This document shows positions 55,040 through 64,000 of a DNA stretch of 64,000 bases, piece after piece (the first letter of the stretch is position 1; every line of letters starts with the position of its first letter). The stretch covers positions 13,829-77,828 of the forward strand of contig CANQPT010000004.1 in the NCBI GenBank assembly GCA_947625805.1. Direction: 5' to 3'. The notes below the pieces were generated by a model that had not been told where the DNA came from, ran no database searches, and worked only from the letters and a program-made list of their open reading frames with translations. A program made the position numbers and the translations under genes. The DNA comes from an uncultured Clostridia bacterium (GTDB lineage Bacteria > Bacillota > Clostridia > Oscillospirales > CAG-272).

Positions 55040-56573
55040 AAAACAATATCCAAAAAACACACTGCGATCCTTTTTTACCGATCTTTTGCTGATCTCTCTG
55101 CTTGCTGCCGCGCAGATCGTTCTCATCTGTTTTTCGGTTTGGAACTTATATGTTTCGGTTTTTTACATTCAAATCGCCTGCAGAGTCATTAGTTTTTTCG
55201 TTGTGCTCCATATTGTCAACAAACGTGAGAGCGCGTCCTACAAATTGGCATGGTCGGTACCGATCCTGCTCTTTCCCGCATTCGGCGGCATTCTGTACAT
55301 CTTTTGCCAGGGGCGGCTCAGCATCTTTCGATTCAAGCGCCGGATCGAGAGCGTGGACAACGAGATCAAAACCGCCGCCTGCTTGGAGCCGGATGCGTCC
55401 GAGCAAATGCGCATAAACCATCCGGAGCGCGCTTCCCTCACCCGATATCTGAAAGAGGCCGGCTTCCCCCTTTATCATAACACCGACGCCCGCTATTTCT
55501 CCAGCGGAGAGGAGATGCATGCGTCGCTTCTTGACGCATTAAGAAAGGCAAAAGAATATATCTTCATCGAATTTTTCATTGTCGGCGAAGGGCAAATGCT
55601 GGACAGTGTTCTCGAAATTCTCAAACAAAAAGCCGCCGAGGGGGTCGATGTACGCTTTTTGTACGACGGAATGGGCACGATCACCACACTGCCGCGCAAA
55701 TACAATCAGACCCTCGCCGAATACGGCATAAACTGTAAAGTATTCAACCGCTTTGTGCCGGTCATCTCCACCATGCAGAACAACCGCGATCACCGCAAGA
55801 TCGTAGTCATTGACGGAAAGATCGCCTTTACCGGCGGGGTCAACCTCTCGGACGAATACATCAATCTGGTAGAACGCTTCGGGCATTGGAAAGACGCCGG
55901 CATTATGGTGGAGGGGGATGCCGCCCTCGGTTATATCATGATGTTTTTGCGCAACTGGAATATTTTCGAAAAACAGCCGGAGTGCACGGACAAATACCTG
56001 TATCCCATGCATACGGAAGACGGAGAGGGATACTTCCAGCCCTATTGCGACAGTCCGTTTGACAGTGAGCGGACCGCACGAAACGTCTATCTGAATCTGA
56101 TTAACCGTGCCAACCGCTATATTTACATCATGACGCCCTATTTGATCTTGGACGAAGAACTGGACACGGCCATCAAACTTGCCGCGAAAAGCGGTATCGA
56201 CGTGCGCATCATTACCCCCCACCACGCGGACAAAAAATATGTGCATCTGCTGACCCGTTCTTCCTATACAGAGTTGATCCAAAGCGGTGTAAAGATCTAC
56301 GAATACGAGCCGGGATTTCTGCACTCGAAAAACATTCTGACCGACGACACCTGCGGGATCGTAGGCTCGGTCAACTTTGACTACCGCAGTTTGTACCTGC
56401 ATTTTGAGTGCGCACAACTTTTCTATGACCATTCGGCGCTGCAATCGCTCAAAGAGGATTTTGAGAGGACTTTCCGCATTTCCCTGCCGATCACCGAAAA
56501 GGACTGCAAGAAGGACAAGGGACTGCCCCGTTTCTTCACACAACTGCTCAAGTTATTCGCACCTTTATTCTGA
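55026..56573 (+). CDS. cls: Cardiolipin synthase (two HKD motifs)
   Basis: N-terminal TM segments. The HKD motifs are HRKIVVIDGKIAFTGGVNLSDEY and LHSKNILTDDTCGIVGSVNFDYRS. Confidence 0.9.
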   Translation: MKKNKKQYPKNTLRSFFTDLLLISLLAAAQIVLICFSVWNLYVSVFYIQIACRVISFFVVLHIVNKRESASYKLAWSVPILLFPAFGGILYIFCQGRLSIFRFKRRIESVDNEIKTAACLEPDASEQMRINHPERASLTRYLKEAGFPLYHNTDARYFSSGEEMHASLLDALRKAKEYIFIEFFIVGEGQMLDSVLEILKQKAAEGVDVRFLYDGMGTITTLPRKYNQTLAEYGINCKVFNRFVPVISTMQNNRDHRKIVVIDGKIAFTGGVNLSDEYINLVERFGHWKDAGIMVEGDAALGYIMMFLRNWNIFEKQPECTDKYLYPMHTEDGEGYFQPYCDSPFDSERTARNVYLNLINRANRYIYIMTPYLILDEELDTAIKLAAKSGIDVRIITPHHADKKYVHLLTRSSYTELIQSGVKIYEYEPGFLHSKNILTDDTCGIVGSVNFDYRSLYLHFECAQLFYDHSALQSLKEDFERTFRISLPITEKDCKKDKGLPRFFTQLLKLFAPLF

Positions 56574-56625
56574 GTTTTCTGCATAAAAATCACCCCGCCG
56601 CGAAACACTGTTTGAGGGTGATTTT

Positions 56626-57009
56626 ATGCAGGCCTATAAAAAAGTGATGACGCTGCTCGCCGTCGGAGCGGCGCTGTACTCGGCCATAGAGATCCTTTGG
56701 CGGGGGTTTACACACTGGACCATGGCGCTGACCGGCGGACTTTGCCTGTGCGGCATCTACTACACCAATGAAAAGCTCACCTGCAAAAGCAGTACCAAAT
56801 GCGTGTTCTGCTCGCTGTTTATCACCGTCGTCGAGTTCACCGCCGGCGTGATTTTGAATCTGAAACTTCATATGCGCATTTGGGACTATTCCCGTCTTCC
56901 CTTCAATTTGCTGGGACAGATTTGTCTTCTCTATTCTTTTTTCTGGTTTTTGCTTTCTTTTCCCGCGCTGCGGCTGTGCAACTATATCAAGGAAAACTTT
57001 TTCTCATAA
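56626..57009 (+). CDS. Small polytopic membrane protein (possibly PF06541 / CmpB-like)
   Basis: Four hydrophobic segments. The family assignment is tentative. Confidence 0.5.
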   Translation: MQAYKKVMTLLAVGAALYSAIEILWRGFTHWTMALTGGLCLCGIYYTNEKLTCKSSTKCVFCSLFITVVEFTAGVILNLKLHMRIWDYSRLPFNLLGQICLLYSFFWFLLSFPALRLCNYIKENFFS

Positions 57010-57013
57010 GGTC

Positions 57014-57916
57014 ATGAAACGAAAAACAAAACAAATTCGCTTTGGTAAAACACCGATCCTCTCGGCCGTAATTACGCTGCTGGTCGTTGCAGTGGCCCTC
57101 CTGTGGCAGTCGGGGCTGTTCAAGAAAACCATCACGGTTTCCAGCGTCGCGGACGGCGTGTTGTATGTCCATTACATAGATATCGGACAGGGCGACGCAG
57201 AACTGATCACCACCCCCTCCGGTCATACCGCTTTGATCGACTCAGGACCTGGATCCTCCTCTAACACATTGGTAAACTATCTGCATGACGCAGGTGTAGA
57301 AAAGATCGATTATTTTATCCTTACCCACCCGCACGAGGATCATATCGGCGGAGCGCCCGCCGTATTCGAGGGCTTTGAGGTTGCGTGTGTCATTATGCCC
57401 GATATCACGACCACTACATCCATCTACCGCAAGACCCTTGAGGCGATCGAAAAAGAAAACTGCCGGACCGAGATCGCAGAGCCGGAGGCAAGTTATTCTC
57501 TGGACGGAGCGGTCATCACGCTGCTTGGGCCGATCACGATCGAGGACAACTTAAACAGCGCAAGCATCGTCGCAAAACTGACCTACGGCGATAGCGCTTT
57601 CTTGTTCACCGGAGATGCCGAAGAGGAGTCGGAGCAAGCGATCTTGTCCGCTTTCAGTGCGGCAACCCTCAAAAGCGATGTGCTCAAGGCCGGCCACCAC
57701 GGCTCAAGCACTTCGTCAAGCGAAGCATTTCTCGACGCGGTATCCCCTACATACGCGGTTATTTCCTGCGCCCTGAATAACGACTACGGTCACCCGCATA
57801 CAGAAACACTGACCAGATTCAAGGAGCGCGGTATCACCTATTACCGTACCGACCTCGACGGAACGGTGCTCTTCTCCAGTGACGGCACGACCGTTAAGCG
57901 AGTGGAATGGAACTGA
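57014..57916 (+). CDS. Membrane-anchored MBL-fold hydrolase (ComEC C-terminal-domain-like)
   Basis: HYIDIGQGDAELI ... FILTHPHEDHIGG ... KAGHHGS. Confidence 0.8.
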   Translation: MKRKTKQIRFGKTPILSAVITLLVVAVALLWQSGLFKKTITVSSVADGVLYVHYIDIGQGDAELITTPSGHTALIDSGPGSSSNTLVNYLHDAGVEKIDYFILTHPHEDHIGGAPAVFEGFEVACVIMPDITTTTSIYRKTLEAIEKENCRTEIAEPEASYSLDGAVITLLGPITIEDNLNSASIVAKLTYGDSAFLFTGDAEEESEQAILSAFSAATLKSDVLKAGHHGSSTSSSEAFLDAVSPTYAVISCALNNDYGHPHTETLTRFKERGITYYRTDLDGTVLFSSDGTTVKRVEWN

Positions 57917-57972
57917 CAAATCCCCTGCATCACCAACGTAAATCCGATGGACGCTTTTATCACAAAGAATCT

Positions 57973-58012
57973 CAAAAATCCGATGACCTTCTCCCGGTTC
58001 ATCGGATTTTTG
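57973..58012. terminator. Bidirectional terminator between the convergent MBL and amidase genes
   Basis: CAAAAATCCGATGA-loop-TCATCGGATTTTTG. Confidence 0.6.
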
Positions 58013-58064
58013 CATCTATGCTCCGTTAAAAATATCACGCATTTCACTGTGTCCTCTTGTGTTT

Positions 58065-58760
58065 TTAGTTCAACATCCCGAAATACGCTAAAATCCCGTT
58101 ATAGATTCCCCTTGCAAAGGCGTCGGGGTTGCCGGTCATAAGCGAAGCGTCGCCCGGGTTGGTGATAAAGCCCATTTCGATCAGGGTCGCAGGCATACGG
58201 GTGCGGCGCAGCACATAAAGGGTCGGACGCGCGAATACGCCGCGGTCGGGAATGCCGGTTTGGATCGCCAGATATTTGCAGATATCAAGGGCGAGCGGAT
58301 ATGCCTTGCCGTCGGTCGAAAAGACGTAGCCCTCGCATCCGCTCGCGCTGGTGATCGTAGATGCGTTGGTGTGCAGACTGATGAAATAATCCGCGCCCCA
58401 TGCGTTTGCCGCGTCGACACGGGCGGCAAGGGACGTGGCGTTGCTGGTACCTAACTGCTCGGTGGGCGAATTGCGCGAAAGACGCACGTCAAAATTGGAG
58501 TTTTGTCTTAATAAATACGCCAGGCGGACACCGATGTCATAGGTAATATCCTGTTCACGGTAACCGTTTCCCTCCGCCCCCGCGTTGGGATTGGTCGGGT
58601 TGTGCCCCTGGTCGATGAAAATTTTAATAGCCACGGTTTTCTCCTCTCCGCTTGCGAAAACAATAAAACGATCGATCTTTGCATACTCGGCTCTCGCCGC
58701 CCGTGTTTTCATGAGCAAATCAATCGTCGTTTTCTTACGCGGGAAAATTGGTTTTACCAC
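58065..58760 (-). CDS. N-acetylmuramoyl-L-alanine amidase (Amidase_3 family)
   Basis: IFIDQGHNP ... YFISLHTNA ... ATLIEMGFITNPGD. Confidence 0.85.
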   Translation of the reverse strand: MVKPIFPRKKTTIDLLMKTRAARAEYAKIDRFIVFASGEEKTVAIKIFIDQGHNPTNPNAGAEGNGYREQDITYDIGVRLAYLLRQNSNFDVRLSRNSPTEQLGTSNATSLAARVDAANAWGADYFISLHTNASTITSASGCEGYVFSTDGKAYPLALDICKYLAIQTGIPDRGVFARPTLYVLRRTRMPATLIEMGFITNPGDASLMTGNPDAFARGIYNGILAYFGMLN

Positions 58761-58807
58761 AGTATATGCCCCTTGATTTCCGTGCGTTCTTGTGGTATGA
58801 TTGATTC

Positions 58808-59554
58808 ATGAAAAACTTCGACACGCGCAGACTGCTGTCCTTTGTGCGGCGCGCCTGCGAACACTATCAGATGATTGCCCCCGGGGACAAGATCGCCGTA
58901 GGGCTTTCGGGCGGCAAGGACTCGGCGGTACTGCTCATTGCCCTGTGCGCCATGCGCCGTTTTTACCCCGTATCGTACGAGGTGTGCGCGATTACCGTGG
59001 ACATGGGCTTTGACCGAGCGGATTTCAGCCCCGTGCGGCAGTTATGCGAGGACTTAGAGGTCGAGCTGCGGATCATTCCGACCGATCTTGCACGAATCAT
59101 CTTTGAGGAGCGCAAGGAGAGCAACCCCTGCGCGCTCTGCGCCAAAATGCGGCGGGGGATCCTGCATGACGCGGCAAAAGCCGCCGGATGCAACAAGATC
59201 GCGCTCGGGCATCATTTTGACGATGTGGTGGAGACTTTTATGCTCAATCTCATTCACGAGGGACGGCTCGGATCGTTTTCGCCGGTCACCTATCTTTCCC
59301 GCAAGGATATTACCATGATCCGCCCGCTGATCTACGCAAAAGAAAAGGACATCAAATATTTTGTCCGGCACAACAACGTTCCGGTCACGGTCTCGCCCTG
59401 CCCCGAGGACAAGCACACAGAGCGCGAAGAAGTCAAAGAATTGATCGCCATGCTGGACGCGCGCTACGACGGTTTTTCACACAGGGTCATGCACGCGATT
59501 GAAACCGCGCACCTGGACGGCTACTCGCCGGCCCAAAAAAAAGAAACGCCGTAA
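58808..59554 (+). CDS. TtcA-family PP-loop tRNA thiolation ATPase
   Basis: VGLSGGKDSAVLL ... NPCALCAKMRRG ... ALGHHFDDVVETF. Confidence 0.8.
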   Translation: MKNFDTRRLLSFVRRACEHYQMIAPGDKIAVGLSGGKDSAVLLIALCAMRRFYPVSYEVCAITVDMGFDRADFSPVRQLCEDLEVELRIIPTDLARIIFEERKESNPCALCAKMRRGILHDAAKAAGCNKIALGHHFDDVVETFMLNLIHEGRLGSFSPVTYLSRKDITMIRPLIYAKEKDIKYFVRHNNVPVTVSPCPEDKHTEREEVKELIAMLDARYDGFSHRVMHAIETAHLDGYSPAQKKETP

Positions 59555-59606
59555 ATGAATAAGCGCCACACCGTACTACTATAATAATAGTATACGGGAG
59601 GCGTGA

Positions 59607-59801
59607 ATGATGGAAAAAAACAAAAATCCCATTATCTTTGAACGGTACTGCCCGGTGGTGGACGCAAACGTGGTCATCATGAAGAATATCGTTCAGAATG
59701 ACGGAAGTTGTCGATGCATCTCACATATTGATTGCAGCGAACGGGAGAAATGCGACGCCTTTTCCCCCGCCAAAGACAGCACAAAAGACACCGCGTCTTA
59801 A
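59607..59801 (+). CDS. Small Cys-rich hypothetical protein (64 aa)
   Basis: Five Cys residues (C15, C35, C37, C43, C49). GGGAGG lies upstream. A weak hairpin plus T-run follows. No family recognised. Confidence 0.4.
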   Translation: MMEKNKNPIIFERYCPVVDANVVIMKNIVQNDGSCRCISHIDCSEREKCDAFSPAKDSTKDTAS

Positions 59802-59872
59802 ATTTACCGCTCTTTTCAAGGGCGGTTTTTTCTTTGATCCCCCGGAAGCGTGCCGCCGTTCGGACTTTTTTC

Positions 59873-59901
59873 TTTACAAGGCGCGCGAAATTTGTTATAA
59901 T
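59873..59901 (+). promoter_or_regulatory. Promoter of the SLH-domain protein gene
   Basis: TTTACA-17 nt-TATAAT with TG at -15/-14. Confidence 0.55.
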
Positions 59902-59926
59902 GAATAAAAAAGAGTCGGAGGCTGCA

Positions 59927-62608
59927 ATGAAAAGAAGATTTTGTGCGGTGCTTGCCTTGTGTTTGTGGCTGGCGTCGTTTTCCTCTTTTGCTTCTTCCGG
60001 AGGGTTGGGTGACGCGGGCGTGACTGTCAGAGAGACCCTTTGTGAGGGACTTGAATACACGCAGATCATAGCGGCAAATGACTCCGGCTCACAGATCGGC
60101 TACGTATTCTCCTACGCGCCGGGCGGACAGGCGGGACTGCGCCATACCTACGGCGCAAAGCTCTACGGCAGAGAGAGCGCGGCTTCCATGCTGGATCTCG
60201 CCCAAGCGGACGGAATCAACGTATTTGGCGCTGTGAACGGAGATGAATTTGCAATCCAGACCGGCGTTCCGCTCGGCCTGCTGATTTCCGACGGGATGAT
60301 CCTTTCCTTTGACCGCAGAGGGAGAAACTGCGTTGGTGTGCGCACCGACCGGAACATCCTGACCGGATTGCCGGAGGTGAGCGCCGTGTTGACCACCCCA
60401 AGCGGGACGTTTTCGATCGACAGTTATAACAAAGCGCCTGCGTTTGCGGACGGAATGTGTCTTTTATCCCCTGCGTTTGCAAGATCGACCAAAAGCAGCG
60501 GCGGACGCACCGAGTTGATCCTCCGCCCCACCGGCGGCGCATACCTGCGCGCAGGGCAAACCGTGAACGCCACGCTGACCGCCGTTTCCACACAAGCGGA
60601 TACTGCGATTCCGGACGGATGCTTTGCACTGAGCATCAGCAATACGGACGGCGCCGCACGCACGCTGGCGGCTCTGCCGGTCGGGAGCGGCGTGAGTATA
60701 CACGTCACTCTCTCAGGCGGCTGGGAAGATGCCGATTTCGTCACAGGAACGAGTGCACAGATCCTGAAAGACGGAAAAACCGTAAGCACGGATACCGCGC
60801 TTTCCGCACGCACGGCGATCGGGATAACCTCTGCCGGGAAACTGCTCTTTTTTGCCTGTGACGGGGACGGAAAATACGCAGGAGGGTTGAATGCCCAACA
60901 GACGGCGACAGAACTGCGTACACTTGGGTGTACACAGGCATATTTGCTCGACTGCGAAGAGTCTACCTTTGCGGCCCTCAAAACCGATGAAACGGCGCAA
61001 AAGATCACCCATCAAAGCGATCGGCTGATCGGCGGGTGCATTCTATTCACAGGGCCGACCGACAACGGCGCCGCCAAACTGCGCATTACGCCGTCCACTC
61101 CGGTTTTAATGACCGGCGGCTCGCTTGCCCTGTCCTGTGAGGCGGTGACCGCGTCCGGAAAGGCGACCGGGGAATCCGTGAGCGATGCGGTCTACTCGCT
61201 TATTTCCGGGCCCGGAACACTCACGGACGGTATATATAAAGGCACGCAGAGCGGAAACGCCGTTATCGGCGTCACCGCAAACTGCGGCGGGAAACGACTG
61301 CTCGGACAAACGACCGTGACCGTGATCTCCGCCCTTGACGGACTTACATTATCCGCTTCTTCTGTGTCCGTTCCGGTCGGCGGACAGGCAAAACTTCCGA
61401 TCATGGGACGACGTTCCGCCCTCCCGGTCTATCTTCCCGCTTCGGCGCTCAAATGGTCCTTTACCGGTACGCAAACGCTGGACAAAGGAACTGCCGCCGC
61501 AAGGTGTACCTACGGATATATCGACAACGATCTTGTCTTTCACGCGGACGCCGCATATACCTCCGGCAGTTTTACGGTTTCTGCGACATACGGATATCAG
61601 ACCATCTCGCTGCAGGTATTGATCGGCAAAGAAGATGTGATCATCACTGACTTTGATGACCGCTCGCTGTCTTTTTCTTCTTATCTTGTTTTTACAGACC
61701 AAAACACCTATCAATACACAGACGGCAAACACCAGACTGCGGGTATGCGCTTTTGCGGCAGTGCGATCACCTACTCCACGCCCTATACTCCGGAAAGCGG
61801 AGCATCCGCGATCAAGGTCTGGGTCAAAGGCAGCTGCTCAGCGCCATACGCACGGATCATGTATGCCGACCGAACGGTAGAAAAACGTGCGTATTCCCTG
61901 CTGCTCGATTATGCATCGTATAACGGCTGGAGGCAATATTCGCTCGCCCTCCCGGCAGAGAGCGTGTCTATCCTATCGCCCCTTGCCTCGGACGCTGTCA
62001 TGGATTGTATTGTAGACGAGATTACCCTATCCTATGGGACCGACACCCCCGCCTTTGGCGACGTTTCAAATTCATGGGCAAAAAACGACATTCAGATCAT
62101 TTATGACTTAGACCTGACCAATGGCTATTTAAGCGGCGGGAAACGCCTGTTTCACCCCTCTAACACGCTGACACGGGCGGAATTTGCAAAAATGATCGTC
62201 GGCTACTATCAGATCGATCTTTCTCTTTATGCGGATCAGCCGCTTGATTTTGCCGACCGGTATCAAATCCCGAAATGGGCGGCCCCCTATATCCGTGCCG
62301 CGCTGGGAAGCGGGTTGATGCTTGGCTCAACGAATCCCGACGGTAGCGTGAGTTTTCTGCCCTCTGAGCCGATCAGCCGCGCACAACTGGTCACCGTCGT
62401 GGCAAGAAAATTGGATGCGCCGGAGGCGGAACTGACCTTCAGCGACGCCGCGTCCGTGCCCAAATATGCACGCTCGGGTGTGCGCAAAGCGGTCGGCGCC
62501 GGAATTATCAACGGGTATCCCGACGGGTCGTTCCGTCCGGCGGGCAATATTACCCGTGCGGAATGCGCCCGCGTGCTGTGCAATCTATATCAAACGGAAT
62601 ATAAATAG
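59927..62608 (+). CDS. Secreted phosphodiester-glycosidase (NAGPA/DUF2233)-like protein with Ig-like repeats and three C-terminal SLH domains
   Basis: GGAGG lies 5 nt upstream of the ATG at 59927. The signal peptide is MKRRFCAVLALCLWLASFSSFASS. GAVNGDEF...GLLISDG and ARTAIGITSAGKLLFFACDGDG are present. The three SLH repeats are FGDVSNSWAKNDI..., FADRYQIPKWAAPYI... and FSDAASVPKYARSGV.... Confidence 0.8.
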   Translation: MKRRFCAVLALCLWLASFSSFASSGGLGDAGVTVRETLCEGLEYTQIIAANDSGSQIGYVFSYAPGGQAGLRHTYGAKLYGRESAASMLDLAQADGINVFGAVNGDEFAIQTGVPLGLLISDGMILSFDRRGRNCVGVRTDRNILTGLPEVSAVLTTPSGTFSIDSYNKAPAFADGMCLLSPAFARSTKSSGGRTELILRPTGGAYLRAGQTVNATLTAVSTQADTAIPDGCFALSISNTDGAARTLAALPVGSGVSIHVTLSGGWEDADFVTGTSAQILKDGKTVSTDTALSARTAIGITSAGKLLFFACDGDGKYAGGLNAQQTATELRTLGCTQAYLLDCEESTFAALKTDETAQKITHQSDRLIGGCILFTGPTDNGAAKLRITPSTPVLMTGGSLALSCEAVTASGKATGESVSDAVYSLISGPGTLTDGIYKGTQSGNAVIGVTANCGGKRLLGQTTVTVISALDGLTLSASSVSVPVGGQAKLPIMGRRSALPVYLPASALKWSFTGTQTLDKGTAAARCTYGYIDNDLVFHADAAYTSGSFTVSATYGYQTISLQVLIGKEDVIITDFDDRSLSFSSYLVFTDQNTYQYTDGKHQTAGMRFCGSAITYSTPYTPESGASAIKVWVKGSCSAPYARIMYADRTVEKRAYSLLLDYASYNGWRQYSLALPAESVSILSPLASDAVMDCIVDEITLSYGTDTPAFGDVSNSWAKNDIQIIYDLDLTNGYLSGGKRLFHPSNTLTRAEFAKMIVGYYQIDLSLYADQPLDFADRYQIPKWAAPYIRAALGSGLMLGSTNPDGSVSFLPSEPISRAQLVTVVARKLDAPEAELTFSDAASVPKYARSGVRKAVGAGIINGYPDGSFRPAGNITRAECARVLCNLYQTEYK

Positions 62609-62706
62609 AAATTTCTGTACATTCTCAAAGGGAACGCAACTTCTGAATTGCACGGCTGCATTTACTTTGAGAATATAACTTAAAATAAATTCTTGCTTCA
62701 TTTCCC

Positions 62707-62735
62707 TTTACATCCAAATCAAAAAGTGGTATAAT
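62707..62735 (+). promoter_or_regulatory. Promoter of the LTA-synthase-like gene
   Basis: TTTACA-17 nt-TATAAT preceded by TG. Confidence 0.5.
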
Positions 62736-62766
62736 TTTGTTGAAAAAAATATTTGAAGGAGAAAGT

Positions 62767-64000
62767 GTGTTGAAAAAAACAAGGAAATCAAACATTTCAC
62801 CGCTGTCAAGCGACCCCTCCTTGCAGGAAGTTCGCGCAGCGTGTGATGCGTTGTCCGTCGGCGCACCGGGCCGCAGCGGACGGAGTCAGTTTCGTGAAAA
62901 AATGCGGGGACTGTGGCAGGACAAGCGCTCGTTCGCTATGCGCGCGGGCCTTGCCGCGTTATGCGCCTTCGCCTTTGCCTTTACCTTTATCGTGTTCGGG
63001 CCGTATGAGTTGTATATTCAAAGTTCCCAGTTTCTGAACTTCCCCTTTTCGGCAATGGTACTTCCCATTGCGATTGCGGGACTCGCCGTCTTTGCGGGAC
63101 TGTTTCTTCTGCTCTGCATTTTGCGGGGAAAACTGTTTAACTACGCAGTGTCTGCGCTGTTTGCGGTCACGATCGCCGGATATTTACAGCGGAATTTCCT
63201 GAACATCGATCACGGAGCCCTCGACGGGCACGCCATCGATTGGGCGGCATATTCCGTCCCCGCAGTGCTGAATTTCCTGCTTTGGTGCGGGATTGCCGCG
63301 GCGGTTTTTGCGCTGATGTATTTCAGCCGCCGCTTCTGGACCCTTTTCATCCGCCTTGTCTGCATTATCCTGATCGGTGCGCAGACGGTCGCTCTCTGTT
63401 CCATGCTGATGCGCGGCGTACCGGAGGTACAAAATGACGTAATCGTTTCCGATGCGGACATATTTCATGTCACCGACGGGAACAACGTCGTCTTTTTCCT
63501 GTTGGACCGCCTTGACAATATATATGCGGACGACGTCATAGAGGCAAATCCCCAGTGGCAGGAAAATCTGCGCGGGTTTACCTATTATCACAATTTTACC
63601 GGCAGCTATACCCGCACTATGCCTTCTATCTGTTATCTTCTGACCGGCGTAAAAAACGACTACACCCTTCCGGTAAGCGAATATTTTGAAAAAGCATGGA
63701 CAACCTCGACCTTTATCAAAGATATTCACGACGCAGGATATCAGGTCAGGCTTTTCCCGGATGAGCCGTATGTGGTCGGGGACGCCGATAACATATACGG
63801 GCTTGCCGACAACGTCATTCCGGCCAACCGCTCGATCAACTACTCGCTCATGTACCGCTATATGCTCAGCCTTTCCGCTTATGTTTACGCGCCCGAGGCA
63901 TTCAAATCCTCTTTCTGGATGTATACGGGCGATCTTGCCGCAATCAGTACCGTAAAGGGCTTTGACCACGATATTTACACGGTCAACGACCCGGTTTTCT
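62767..64000 (+). CDS. LTA-synthase / sulfatase-family membrane protein, 3' end beyond the window
   Basis: Not in the ORF track because it stays open to the window edge. Hand translation from GTG/TTG at 62767/62770 (GAAGGAG upstream) gives about five TM segments. An extracellular domain follows (NVVFFLLDRLDNIYADDV...FTGSYTRTMPSICYLLTG). Confidence 0.7.
   Translation, partial: MLKKTRKSNISPLSSDPSLQEVRAACDALSVGAPGRSGRSQFREKMRGLWQDKRSFAMRAGLAALCAFAFAFTFIVFGPYELYIQSSQFLNFPFSAMVLPIAIAGLAVFAGLFLLLCILRGKLFNYAVSALFAVTIAGYLQRNFLNIDHGALDGHAIDWAAYSVPAVLNFLLWCGIAAAVFALMYFSRRFWTLFIRLVCIILIGAQTVALCSMLMRGVPEVQNDVIVSDADIFHVTDGNNVVFFLLDRLDNIYADDVIEANPQWQENLRGFTYYHNFTGSYTRTMPSICYLLTGVKNDYTLPVSEYFEKAWTTSTFIKDIHDAGYQVRLFPDEPYVVGDADNIYGLADNVIPANRSINYSLMYRYMLSLSAYVYAPEAFKSSFWMYTGDLAAISTVKGFDHDIYTVNDPVF

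Overview
The window is a 64 kb chromosomal segment from a GC-rich, spore-forming Firmicute. It looks like a Clostridia / Oscillospiraceae-type organism: it has spoIIAA-spoIIAB-sigF, a GerA/SpoVAF-family protein, SLH-domain proteins and an electron-bifurcating-type [FeFe]-hydrogenase. All calls come from reading the supplied ORF translations and the nucleotides by eye. No searches or computations were run, so family names are motif-based recognitions.

Layout:
- 1-5365: the visibly AT-richer end of an integrated conjugative or mobilizable element. It carries a NlpC/P60 plus Cna-B hydrolase, a CAP-domain lipoprotein, ParB, ParA, a hairpin-dense ORF-free region and TTAGCA iterons. It ends at a split host tRNA-Arg(CCT) and carries its own intact tRNA-Arg(CCT).
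- 5.4-21 kb: housekeeping genes. These are glyQS, tsf, rpsB, coaX plus an ECF S-component, the spoIIA operon, valS, prfB, nif3 and trmK.
- 21.0-25.6 kb: three tandem GH31-like paralogs whose 3' ends are homogenized.
- 26.6-30.8 kb: a decayed AT-rich island. It holds a truncated mobC, a mini DUF3883 protein, a frameshifted AIPR abortive-infection-type gene, and nested IS256/IS30 remnants.
- 31.6-39.8 kb: a HydABC-type hydrogenase operon preceded by a HydS-like sensory module (two DRTGG, two HATPase, one PHP).
- 40.9-54.7 kb: a nearly gapless minus-strand gene string running ruvCAB, a methyltransferase, ecfA1A2T, truA, a DUF5711-like gene, cvpA, a ClpE-like gene, and a catalytically degenerate P-type ATPase homolog.
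- 54.8-64 kb: cardiolipin synthase, an amidase, a TtcA-like gene, an SLH glycosidase-like protein and an LTA-synthase-like protein.

The candidates most worth follow-up are:
- the split tRNA with an element-borne replacement tRNA at the attachment junction;
- the ClpE-like unfoldase translationally coupled to a dead P-type ATPase;
- the DUF3883/AIPR pair;
- the non-canonical H-cluster motifs in HydA;
- the ORF-free structured region and iterons next to parAB.

I cannot show that any of these is undescribed without database work.
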